Origin: Pirellulales bacterium
GTDB taxonomy: Bacteria; Planctomycetota; Planctomycetia; Pirellulales; PALSA-1355
Assembly (NCBI GenBank): GCA_963733035.1
Contig: CAVTBU010000004.1
Span: 421,619 to 485,618 of the forward strand
Length of the DNA: 64,000 nt
Reading direction: 5' to 3'
Positions within the stretch are counted from its first letter, which is position 1. Each line of letters begins with the position of its first letter. The notes beneath the pieces were generated by a model. That model was not told where the DNA came from, ran no database searches, and saw only the letters and a list, made by a program, of their open reading frames with translations. The position numbers and the translations under genes were made by a program. Below are positions 12,010 through 21,842 of this stretch, in pieces.

Positions 12010-12538
12010 ATGTCAGATTCCAGCGGTTGTAACGCTGGTATCGATCAGAAGTTTCGCAACGCTCTACAGATCGAGACCGCTGCTGTAAACAGGGGGCCGC
12101 TAATGCATTGATTCTGGAGCTGACCGCTGCGGTCTATTCGGTTGAGCTCATCCTAACTTAGATGCACCATGCTCCGCGGGTTCCCTGTCTGTCGGTCGAC
12201 CACTTGATCCCGGCCACCCAGTCATGCGACCTGTCGCTTGACGAAATTTAGGGCAAGTGTGGTCAAGATTGCCGCCTGTGGGTTCTCTTTGCCAAGGAAG
12301 TCGCACCGCTTTGCAGCGCTTTGCGTGGCGGACGTGCAGCCGAGTTAAGGTGGTTCTCGACCGCCCAGCCACGTCGCCGCAACGCGACTTGGCAGTGTGC
12401 CGTAAAACTTCCTGCAACCTCCCCAAAGGCCACGGTAGTTTCCGGCGTTTCGCAACAAAGAAGACGGCTAGTTTGGAAGAGCTTGTTCGGTCCAAACATC
12501 AAAAAGAGTTCCTTGGTATTCGTAAAGGAGACTGCTAA
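12010..12538 (+). ncRNA. Candidate long structured 5' leader RNA
   Basis: No credible ORF; stems CCAGCG/CGCTGG (12020-12038), 12117-12149, TGCGAC/GTCGCA (12225-12305) enclosing CTTGAC/GTCAAG, GTCGC/GCGAC (12373-12388), GTTTGGA/TCCAAAC (12471-12497). Confidence 0.45.
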
Positions 12539-13351
12539 ATGCCTACGCCTATTACGGGTTGTTTACTGCGCCGCGCCTTGGTCGTCGCAGTCGCCCTGTG
12601 CCTGTTTGCCTCGTCGGCTCAGGCCGCACGTCTTACGGTTGATCCCAACCAAAGTTTCCTCGCGATTAGCGGCAACATCGACGCAAGTTCGGTCGGTGGC
12701 CCTTCATACGCGAATCTTCCTTACCTTGAACAGGCCACCGGTTCGATGACGGCCACCTACGCAGGGTGGGTAGACATCGACCTGCAGCCCGGCACGATTC
12801 AGTTGCTGCCTGGCTCCAACATGGTTGCCGCCACGACTGGCATCTGGGCGCCAGCCGATCCTGGTCCGGGCAACGGCGATCCGTCCGGCGGCGCTAGCCC
12901 GGCCAACTACGGTATCTCGATTCCTCAGCTCGGAGTCTTGGCGGAGTACAACACGCTACGTCTCGATTTCGGTGCCCTGGCCTATTCGATTCCGTCGACC
13001 CCAATGGCTTTGTCCGGCCCCAGCTTTGACTTGACCGGACAGGCCATGAGTTTTTCGACTGGCCGATCGGCACTCGTTTCTGGTCTGGGTAACGACGCGA
13101 GCGATGTCTCGGGTTTCCCCACCATCTTTAGCACCAACGGCGCCGACGTCGGTACTTGGGATGGAACGACCCTGACGATCCCGGTCCACTCGACCGTGAC
13201 CTACGAGATTTCGTCTTCGCCCCTTATCTACAACACGGTTCAGTTCACGGGTCAAATCGTGGCTGTGATTCCCGAGCCGTCGACCATGATTATGGCCGGC
13301 CTCGGCGTCTTCGGTCTCGTTGCCGTGGGCTATCGCAAACGCAAGGCCTAA
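12539..13351 (+). CDS. PEP-CTERM sorting domain surface protein
   Basis: Signal peptide ending SAQA; C-terminus IPEPST + hydrophobic helix + RKRKA; RBS AAGGAG at 12525. Confidence 0.93.
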   Translation: MPTPITGCLLRRALVVAVALCLFASSAQAARLTVDPNQSFLAISGNIDASSVGGPSYANLPYLEQATGSMTATYAGWVDIDLQPGTIQLLPGSNMVAATTGIWAPADPGPGNGDPSGGASPANYGISIPQLGVLAEYNTLRLDFGALAYSIPSTPMALSGPSFDLTGQAMSFSTGRSALVSGLGNDASDVSGFPTIFSTNGADVGTWDGTTLTIPVHSTVTYEISSSPLIYNTVQFTGQIVAVIPEPSTMIMAGLGVFGLVAVGYRKRKA

Positions 13352-13393
13352 GCAGTCTCCGAGTTCCTGTGACTCGGCAGAATGCATGCATTC

Positions 13394-13434
13394 ACTGGGC
13401 TTGTCGACTTCGCGTCGGCAAGCCCAGTTTTTTT
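13394..13434 (+). terminator. Intrinsic terminator
   Basis: ACTGGGCTTGTCGAC-TTCGC-GTCGGCAAGCCCAGT followed by T run. Confidence 0.88.
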
Positions 13435-13445
13435 ATGACTGAGCG

Positions 13446-14150
13446 TCAGTGAAGCAGGCCGTCGGCGTTCGGATGTTTTCGATCCCACTGTTCCTCGGCC
13501 GCGGTCCGACGAAAATACTGTGGCGCCAGCTGCAGCACATCGCCGCGTCTTCCGGAGGCGAATAGCTGCCAGCCGATCCACCCCACCGAGGCCGCGGTCG
13601 GTTGCCACAACGCTGGCCGCACCACGCACACGCCCGGACACAGGCGCTCTGCCCACTTCCGCAGCCCCGGACCGGTAATCCAGCTACCTTCTTTCAAATC
13701 GGAAATCAATCGTTCGGCGGGCACGATTCGCGTGGACTCCTCGCCGACGAACATTCCGCTGGAATCTCGCGAAAGTTCGGCAGAGAACAACTCATTTCGC
13801 TGGGCGTCGATGACCGCCGTGAATTGACGTACTTCGACAGGCACGCGGCAGCCAATGGCAAGCATCGAATGGACGCCCAGAACCTGACAGCCCGTCGCGT
13901 AGGCGAAGGTCTTGGCCGTGGTAACACCAATTCGCAGCCCCGTAAACGAGCCCGGCCCGGTGGCCACGGTGACCAATTCCACGCTGTCGGGTTGCCAACC
14001 AACCTGCTTCAGGAGTTGGTCGATGCCAGGCACCAGCGACCGCGCACTGCGCTGCGTGGGATCAAGCACCCGCTCGGCCACAGGTGTGCCGTCCACAAGC
14101 GCGGCCACCGACCCTGTCTTGTCGACCGTTTCAATTGCCAGAATCCGCAT
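13446..14150 (-). CDS. tsaB: tRNA threonylcarbamoyladenosine biosynthesis protein TsaB
   Basis: MRILAIET, GPGSFTGLRIG, IDAQRNE, terminal P.Y.R...AE. Confidence 0.95.
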   Translation of the reverse strand: MRILAIETVDKTGSVAALVDGTPVAERVLDPTQRSARSLVPGIDQLLKQVGWQPDSVELVTVATGPGSFTGLRIGVTTAKTFAYATGCQVLGVHSMLAIGCRVPVEVRQFTAVIDAQRNELFSAELSRDSSGMFVGEESTRIVPAERLISDLKEGSWITGPGLRKWAERLCPGVCVVRPALWQPTAASVGWIGWQLFASGRRGDVLQLAPQYFRRTAAEEQWDRKHPNADGLLH

Positions 14151-14374
14151 TCGTTGGCCACCGAGGGGCTGGAAAGTGTCGTTCACAAGCGGCGTCGACA
14201 AAGAATTCGACGTTCGTAATTTCTCTAGAAAGCAAAGCCTTCACAAGGTGTATTGACGGCGTCAGCCACATTTGGAGCCAGGAGAGCGACCCAAACAATT
14301 GCATCGGCAGACGTTAATGCGTTATACTCCGCGGCGGCAGCGATGCTCGCCAGTGCGATTTTGGAGCACGGATC

Positions 14375-15777
14375 ATGTCCCATGCGAACGGTTTGACTCG
14401 GCACGGCCACGCCCACCTCCAGGCAACCGGTTCCCAACCGCTGTTGCCCCCCGCGACGGACTTGGTGCGAATCGGCTCGCGACGCTGGTTTCTGCAAACC
14501 GGGCTGGCCGGATTGGCCGGACTTTCCTTGGCCGACACCCTTCGCTCGGCGGTTCACGCGGCTCCCACGGGAGCAACAGGACCCAAAGGGCGAAAGGCCG
14601 TGATCCTGTTTTGGTTGTCGGGTGGTCCCAGCCATATCGACATGTGGGACCCCAAGCCGAGCGCGCCCGCGGAAATACGCGGTCCTTATCGAACCGTATC
14701 GACCAACGTTCCGGGCATTCAGGTTTGCGAGCATTTACCGCTCCAAGCCAAAATCATGGACAAGCTCTCGATCATCCGCTCGGTCGATTGCTCGGCCAGC
14801 AATCATACGCCGATCACCATGCAGGCCGGCAATCCGCTGGCACGGCGCACCGACGACGGCAACGACGGCGGCGGCTACCCTTCGATGGGTTCGGTGGCTG
14901 CCAGGTTTCGTGGCCCGAACGTGCCTGGCATGCCCTCGTTCGTGGGTCTGGCCGACAGCATGAAGGCCGACGTATGGGCGCGGGCCACATGGGCAACCAG
15001 TACGAGCCCCTGCAGGGCAAGGAATTGACTGGCCGACTGGCGATGCCCAAGGGGATCGACGTCGCTCGATTGCAAGACCGCCACGAACTTCGCCAACAGT
15101 TCGACCGGCTTAACCGCGAATTGCAACGTACGGCGGCGCTGCAACCGACCGACCGCTACACGCAGATGGCCTACGACATGGTCGTCTCTGGAGAAGTGCA
15201 GCGAGCGTTCGACGTGGCACGGGAGAGCGACGCGACGCGCGATGCTTACGGCCGCGAGAGCATCGGTGAGAAGGCTCTGCTTGCTCGACGGTTGGTGGAG
15301 GCCGGCGTGACTTTCGTGCTGGTCAGCGGCGCCTGGGGCTACTTCGACCACCACGGAGACGAAGTGCGCTGGGGGGGCATCGAAAAGGGACTCACTCCCC
15401 TGCTCCCCAGGGTCGATCGCGTGATGTACGCCCTCGTTAGCGACCTCCAACAGCGAGGTCTGCTTGATTCAACTTTGGTCCTCATGATGGGCGAATTTGG
15501 CCGTTCTCCGGTCATGACCCAAACAGCCGGTCGCGGGCACTGGACGCCGGTGATGTCCATGCTGGTGGCGGGAGGCGGATTGCCATGCGGCCAGGTGATC
15601 GGTAGCACGGACGACAAGGGTTATGCCATCCAACACGGTCGAGTCACGCCGCAGGACTTGGCCGCCACCACCTTCCGCCACTTGGGCATCGACCCAAGCG
15701 CGTATTGGACCAACTCGCAGGGTCGACCGATTCCGATTATTCAAGAAGGCGGCCGGCCGATTCCGGAACTTAGCTAG
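14375..15777 (+). CDS. DUF1501 domain protein (planctomycete-expanded), frameshift near 14977
   Basis: SRRWFLQ Tat-like motif, ILFWLSGGPSHIDMWDPKP, LLARRLVEAGV, MGEFGRSP, GRGHW; one G restores VWGAGHM. Confidence 0.9.
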
Positions 15778-15807
15778 CACATTGGCCGCCGACGAACGCG
15801 TCGGGGA

Positions 15808-18155
15808 CTACGGCTGCGTGCCCAACAGACGCTTCGATTCTTCGAGCAGGAAGGTGGCGTCGGTAAACGGCTCGTAGCTGATGTCGTGCCAGCGAATGAG
15901 CCCCTGGCTATCGATCAGAAACACCCCGTGCAGCGGCATGTTTTCAAAGTCGTCGAAGGCCCGATACGACTTGAACACGTTCATTTGAGGGTCGGCAGCC
16001 AAGGCAAACGGCACGGATTCGTTGAGAGACAGCTTGGCCAGCGATCCTTGCAGTGTGTCGAGCGGCTCGCTGGAAATGGCCGCGAGCGAAATACCGGCCG
16101 CCTCGAACTTGGCCGTTTCCGGAGCAAATTTCTGAATCTGTTCGACACAGTGCAGGCATCCGGAACCGAGATAGAAAATCAAGACCAGAGGGCGACCATG
16201 ATAGTTTTGAAGCGAAACGTTTCGACCGTCGGCACCCGCTAGCGTCCAACTGACGGCCGGCGTCGGCGCCCAGCGAAATGGCCCGAGGGTCGATAGGTCG
16301 GGGCGCTGTCCCACATCGACCGACGCTTGACGCAAACCGCGCCAATCTTCGGGTAGGCCAAATTCCTTCGCGATTGGAGCAAGGCGTTGGAAGACGCGCG
16401 CGTCGAGATCGGCGTAGGCGGCCAAGGGCGCAACTTCTCGAACTGGGCACGGGCGTCTGCCTTCTTGTCGGCCCGATAGAGCACCTCGACAAGCACGGCC
16501 TGCGGATAGACCTCGCCGGGGCTCTTCTCGGCGTGCTCGCGAGCGATCGTCTCGGCCCGCGCATGATCGCCTGCCAGCGAATGCAGCCGCGCCAGGTGGT
16601 CCTGCTGGAGATCCGAAGCGTCCTTCAGTTTTTCCAATTCGACTTTCGCAGTCGCCTGGTCACCGCCCGCGAGCGCCGCAACTGCCTTCAACTCGGCGAT
16701 CGCCAGTTCGATCTTTCGTACGGACGCAGCCTTCAATTGCAGCGCGTCAGCCATGGCCTTCGCGATGTCGGCTTCCGACTTTTTCTCGCCGCGGGCTTTG
16801 GACTCGGCCTCGTCCGCCGCCTTCACGCGTGCCGCGCGTTGCTCGTCGAGCAAAGCCTCCAGGGCCGCAATCTGCTTTTTTCCCGCAGCCGGGTTGTTCA
16901 ACCCGAACTGCGCGAGTCCTGTTAGCCTGTCGCGATCGAGTCGCTCGTCCGTGTCGTCAGGGCTCGCGTCAAACAACATCTTTCCCGCGTCGCCAACGAT
17001 CGCATCCCAGCATTCGTACTGCTCCAGGACGTTCCGAAGCCGCTCATGGCCGAAGCTCGCGCTGGTGCCGCGCTTGTCGCGCGTGTTGTACTTCGGGTGT
17101 CGGGGGAGCGAGATCATGTTTTCCGCCAGGGCAATCGCGTCGTGCAGACGCCCCAAAAACGCCAGGTTCCGTATCAGCCATTCGTTGTTGTGGGCGTAAT
17201 TGTGAATTTGGTCAGGCAGAATGCCGTCGCGCATCATGTGAGCATGATCCGCGCGTGCCGAGGCCTCCTGCTGCCAAACCGCGTCGGCATAGCGATGGAG
17301 CCGCGAATAGATATGCCCCGGCATGTGCCACATATGGGCAATACCCGGCGAGCTCTGGCCACCCAACGACGCCGAAATCAGCGCGCGAGCTGGCTTTTCG
17401 GAATCCCAGAGATGAATTCGATAGTGATGCGCCGGGTGCATCGGATTGAGTGCAAAGACCTGATCCAACAAGGCGTCGACCGCCTGGTGGCTGGATATCG
17501 GCAGTTGCTTTTTCTTTTCGGTCATCCAACTGCCGTTCTTCCAGATTTGCAGGGCAAGAAACGCCTTCGCCTCGACGTCGTTCGGATCATCTTGCACCAG
17601 GGCCTCCAGGTCGCGAACGTATTTGCGCCGCCGCTCGGTGTTGTCCTCGCTGGCATACCAGGCCGACAGGGCGTCGATCCAGGCCGCCTCGCGTGCAGAC
17701 GCGCTACCCTTCTTTTTGGCCGCCGTTTCGATGAACGACTTGGCCCGTTTGTCGTTGTTATCGTTGGCCATCGCCATGCCCCAATAGGCCATGGCACATT
17801 CGGGATCGAGCGCTGCCACCTGACGAAAGGAACGTTCGGCTTCGAAGTACCAGAACCCGTGCAATTGCGACACGCCCTGATCAAAAAATGCCTGTGCATC
17901 AGGCGCATTGGTAGTAATGGGAAAGTGCACGTTTGCCATGCCGGCCATCAAATAGGCTTTTTGCCGGGGACCTTCATCAAACGCCTCGCCGTGCATCGAA
18001 TGCCCGGGTTGAATCTCGGCGTCCGTGGATTTCGCCTCGGATTTAGCGGTTTCCGCGGGAGGCGCGTCAGTACTCGCGTCCTTTTCGGCGGCGTTGCCGT
18101 GGGACCACCAGGTGAGTGCAAGAATCAAGGACAGCAAACTTGTTCGCGGAAACAT
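15808..18155 (-). CDS. Secreted TPR-like/His-rich protein fused to C-terminal AhpC/TSA redoxin domain, frameshift near 16427
   Basis: Signal peptide; AQAFFDQG...HGFWYFEAERSF, HHYRIH, HMWHMPGHIY; C-domain FYLGSGCLHCVEQ; one C restores KLRPLAAY joining ORFs 16239 and 15808. Confidence 0.8.
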
Positions 18156-18358
18156 CTGTACCTCGGCGGGGATGAACAACGCATGGCGGGAAATCAGAGC
18201 ATCCGCTCAACCTTACCGCCGGCCTCGGGCGAATGCAACTTTCCGCAAATCGTCGAAGTTGGGTTTGTTGCCAAAACGATATACTTCAGTAGATCACTGG
18301 GCCAAGTGGCTGAACGCCATCCGCGCGACACACATTTCGACGATAGGAAGAAACGGGC

Positions 18359-19141
18359 ATGAGCATCTTTGATCGTTTTCGTCTCGACGGAAAACGCCTG
18401 TTTATCACCGGCGGAAGCCGCGGTTTGGGGCGGGAGATGGCAATTGCCCTGGCCGATGCCGGCGCCGATGTCGTGCTTGCCGCGCGAGACGCCGCGGCGC
18501 TCGAAGATACCGCCTCCACAATTCGTGCGCTCGGACGCGATGCTGTGACGATCGCCGCTGATTTGAGTCAGCCCGATACTTGTCAGTCGGTCTGCGAACA
18601 AGTCATCGGAGATCATGGGCCAATTGATGTCCTAATCAACAATGTGGGCGGTCGACGGTACAACATCCCGATGGGACAGATGCCGCTCGACAAATGGGAG
18701 GAGATCCTGCGGCTGAATCTGACGAGTACCTTTGTCTGTACACAGGTCATCGGCAGTTCGATGCTTGCCGCCCGACATGGTGGGCGAATCATCAATATCG
18801 CCTCGATGTCGGGAATGATCGTCAACCGGGGCATCGGCGGACGCAGCTACGAGACTGCCAAAGCGGCCGTCATTCATTTCACCAAGACCACCGCGGCCGA
18901 TTGGGCGCCCCATGGCATTACCGCCAATGCCATTTGTCCGGGGTTCTTCATGACGGATCCCAACGTGCGATGGTCGCAGCAGCATCCCAAGCTGTTTTCG
19001 CTTTACAAAGAACAGATTCCCATGGGGCACTTTGGCCAGGCCGAGGACGTTGGTCCGCTTGCCCTTTATCTGGCCAGTGATGCATCGCGTTACGTGACGG
19101 GGGCAACGTTCGTCATCGACGGTGGCTACATGCTATGGTAA
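18359..19141 (+). CDS. SDR family oxidoreductase (KduD/gluconate 5-dehydrogenase-like)
   Basis: TGGSRGLG, LINNVG, NIASMSG, YETAK, NAICPG, DGG. Confidence 0.92.
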   Translation: MSIFDRFRLDGKRLFITGGSRGLGREMAIALADAGADVVLAARDAAALEDTASTIRALGRDAVTIAADLSQPDTCQSVCEQVIGDHGPIDVLINNVGGRRYNIPMGQMPLDKWEEILRLNLTSTFVCTQVIGSSMLAARHGGRIINIASMSGMIVNRGIGGRSYETAKAAVIHFTKTTAADWAPHGITANAICPGFFMTDPNVRWSQQHPKLFSLYKEQIPMGHFGQAEDVGPLALYLASDASRYVTGATFVIDGGYMLW

Positions 19142-19293
19142 TGGCCCAAGCACCTTGGTTGTCGATCTCGAGACGCATTTTCACAAACCGGGATGCTTAG
19201 CGGGTTATTTACCGCCGGATCGCGGCTGGTGCTGGATTTGTCACCCGCGGTGTTCGTAGAATGGTCACGTTCCGTCACCATGGGAGGACTCCG

Positions 19294-20214
19294 ATGCACC
19301 GCTGTCGTTGCAACTTGTTTTGCCGAATTTTGTACTTCTCTTGCCTCGTTCCGCTGGCGATTCCGTTTTCCGTGTCGGCCGCCGAACCGGATACCAAGCT
19401 GCGAATTATTTGCTTCGGTGCCCACCCGGATGATGCGGAGTTCAAAGCTGCCGGAGTTGCAGCCAAATGGGCGGCGGCCGGGCATCAGGTGAAATTCGTC
19501 TCGGTCACCAATGGCGATATCGGCCACTGGCGGATTGCCGGTGGCCCCTTGGCGCAGCGCCGCGGCCACGAGGTTCAGCAAGCAGCCAAGGTGCTGGGGA
19601 TCGAGACCGAAGTGCTCGACATTCACGACGGCGAACTCGAGCCCACGCTCGAAAACCGCCGAAAGATCACAAGACTCATTCGCGACTGGCAGGCCGACGT
19701 GGTAATGTCGCATCGACCGAACGACTATCATCCAGACCACCGCTACACAGGCATCTTGGTCCAGGACGCGGCGTTCATGGTTACGGTGCCTTTCTTCTGC
19801 CCGGACACACCGCCGCTCCAAAAGAACCCGGCGTTTTTCTATTACTCCGACCGTTTTCAGAAACCGAATCCTTTCACGCCCGACGTGATCGTGGCGATTG
19901 ACGACGTGCTCGACAAGAAACTAGAGGCGGTGCACTCCCTACCTTCGCAAGTCTATGAGGGAGGGGCCTCGGGTTCCGAGGAATTTGAGTCCGAGATTCC
20001 CAAGGATGATGCCGGCCGTCGCGCCTGGGCGAAGAAAGTCCACGGCGGACGATACGCGGCCGTGGCCGACAAGTACCGCGATGCTTTGATCAAGTGGTAT
20101 GGAGCCGAACAGGGCAAACGCGTCGCGTACGCCGAGGCCTTCGAGATTTGCGAATACGGCCGTCAGCCGGACGAAGCCGAGCTGAAGAAGCTGTTCCCGT
20201 TTTTCGGACCGTGA
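19294..20214 (+). CDS. PIG-L/LmbE family deacetylase with probable signal peptide
   Basis: GAHPDDAE, TNGD.G, HPDH, AEAFE; hydrophobic N-terminus ending VSA-AEP. Confidence 0.9.
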   Translation: MHRCRCNLFCRILYFSCLVPLAIPFSVSAAEPDTKLRIICFGAHPDDAEFKAAGVAAKWAAAGHQVKFVSVTNGDIGHWRIAGGPLAQRRGHEVQQAAKVLGIETEVLDIHDGELEPTLENRRKITRLIRDWQADVVMSHRPNDYHPDHRYTGILVQDAAFMVTVPFFCPDTPPLQKNPAFFYYSDRFQKPNPFTPDVIVAIDDVLDKKLEAVHSLPSQVYEGGASGSEEFESEIPKDDAGRRAWAKKVHGGRYAAVADKYRDALIKWYGAEQGKRVAYAEAFEICEYGRQPDEAELKKLFPFFGP

Positions 20215-20245
20215 GCAGGTACTTGGCCAATCTTCAAATTAAAGT

Positions 20246-20280
20246 GCCCCGGAGAAAGTCGGACCGACTCTCCCCGGGGC
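20246..20280. terminator. Hairpin between convergent genes
   Basis: GCCCCGG...CCGGGGC enclosing AGTCG/CGACT; no strong U tract. Confidence 0.45.
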
Positions 20281-20316
20281 CCTGGTTCGATTCGATCAAC
20301 CACGCCGTCCATGCGT

Positions 20317-20952
20317 CTAGCGTCGTGCGCCAGGCGGAGCAATTGGGCGGTTGGTGGTCGGCGGCGTGGTGCCACGGTTCAGGCCATCGAGGACCACCGA
20401 GGTGACGTCGAGATTGTTTTGATACACGATCGGTTTGTGAATTTCCTGCAAAATGATCCGCGGGTCGGTCAAATTGGGCGGGTCAGGATTGTCTCGCAGA
20501 ACGATCTGCGTGCCGGATGCCTGCGAGAACCGAGCCAGCTCGTCGCCAAGCTCTTTCATCAATCCCATGACGATCTTTGCTTCACTGTCGCGGATGTCAT
20601 CGGTAATGCGTTTTCCCTTAATCTCGTAGTCCGCCCGCATCTTCAGCAGATCCTGCTCGAGCTGCTTCCGTTTTGGGGAATTCGACGGTAGTTGCCGTAG
20701 CTCTTCGGTCAGCTGATTTCCGCGCTCGCCGTCCTTCTTGAGTTCCTCGGCCTTGGCCTCGTACTGGGCCTTCAGCTTCTCCATCGCCGCATTGAAGCGA
20801 TTCGAGCTCTTCATGATTACGCCCGTATCGACCAGCGCAGCGCCCGTTTTCGAAGTGGCCGGACTCTGCGGACGTTGGGCCAACGTGGGAAGCGCCGCCA
20901 GCAACCCGATACAACCGGCTATGCCAAACGCGACCACCAATGACTTATTCAT
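20317..20952 (-). CDS. OmpH/Skp family outer-membrane chaperone
   Basis: Signal peptide, ALVD...IMK start, long coiled coil, LDVTSVVL end. Confidence 0.8.
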   Translation of the reverse strand: MNKSLVVAFGIAGCIGLLAALPTLAQRPQSPATSKTGAALVDTGVIMKSSNRFNAAMEKLKAQYEAKAEELKKDGERGNQLTEELRQLPSNSPKRKQLEQDLLKMRADYEIKGKRITDDIRDSEAKIVMGLMKELGDELARFSQASGTQIVLRDNPDPPNLTDPRIILQEIHKPIVYQNNLDVTSVVLDGLNRGTTPPTTNRPIAPPGARR

Positions 20953-21258
20953 CTCTGCAGAACTCCTTCCAACTGCAAATCGGAACGAAAATGTGCAAAA
21001 AAAGGGGCTCTCGCAAAGGTCACCCCTTCACCCCGTTTTTCGCGGGCGGTATTCTGCCGACAACGCGGTGCGGGGTAAAGGTCAATTGGACCTCCGTTTA
21101 ACGGTTTTTCGCCTGCCGCTGGGTCAACTTGCGAGATATGGTTACCTTACGGCAAGCGGGTGACATCGTTTCCCGCGCCGCATCCCCAACACGGTGCGGC
21201 CCGCACACGACCTTCCCGGTACGTGAGCTGCCAACATTTATCCGAGGAGCTGGTTCGC

Positions 21259-21810
21259 ATGACGCATCCGTGGCACGACGTTACGCCCGGAGAAAGCCTG
21301 CCGCGCGAGTTCACGGCGGTCATCGAGATTCCGATGGGTTCGAGCGTGAAATACGAGCTCGATAAGAAGACCGGGTTGCTGCGCCTGGACCGCATCCTGT
21401 ATTCGGCCGTCTTTTATCCCGCGAATTATGGTTTCATTCCCCAGACACTGGCCGAGGATGACGACCCGCTCGACGTGCTGGTATTGTGCCAAGAGGCGGT
21501 GGCCCCCCTCACGCTAGTGCACGCCCGCGCCATCGGATTGATGACGATGATCGACACCGGTCGTCGCGATCATAAGATTCTCGCTGTGGCATCCGACGAT
21601 CCGGAGTACCATGGCGTTCGCGATTGCCGCGAGCTGCCTTCACATCGGCTAATGATGTTGCGACGGTTTTTCCAGGACTACAAGACACTCGAACAAAAGG
21701 CCGTTGAAGTCGACGATTTTCAGGAGGCGGCAGCAACGCTGCCCGTAATCGAAGCAGCTTTGCAGGCCTACAGCACCCAACGCCGACGCGGCTTTCACGT
21801 TCCCGATTGA
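21259..21810 (+). CDS. ppa: Inorganic pyrophosphatase (family I)
   Basis: HPWHD, EIPMGS.VKYELDK, YPANYGFIPQT, DDDPLD, FFQDYK; RBS GAGGAG. Confidence 0.96.
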   Translation: MTHPWHDVTPGESLPREFTAVIEIPMGSSVKYELDKKTGLLRLDRILYSAVFYPANYGFIPQTLAEDDDPLDVLVLCQEAVAPLTLVHARAIGLMTMIDTGRRDHKILAVASDDPEYHGVRDCRELPSHRLMMLRRFFQDYKTLEQKAVEVDDFQEAAATLPVIEAALQAYSTQRRRGFHVPD

Positions 21811-21842
21811 CCCTCGACCTCGGCGACTTTCGCCGCGCATGC

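Noticed and set aside
12010..12538. Known riboswitch (c-di-GMP, cobalamin, TPP) in the PEP-CTERM leaders
   Set aside because: Could not find the consensus cores by eye; an Rfam search is needed to exclude them.
17046..18362. Long antisense or alternate-frame ORFs (also 2679-3842, 35933-36982, 36775-37698, 43436-44359, 56520-57476)
   Set aside because: They overlap well-supported genes and lack motifs; expected at high GC.
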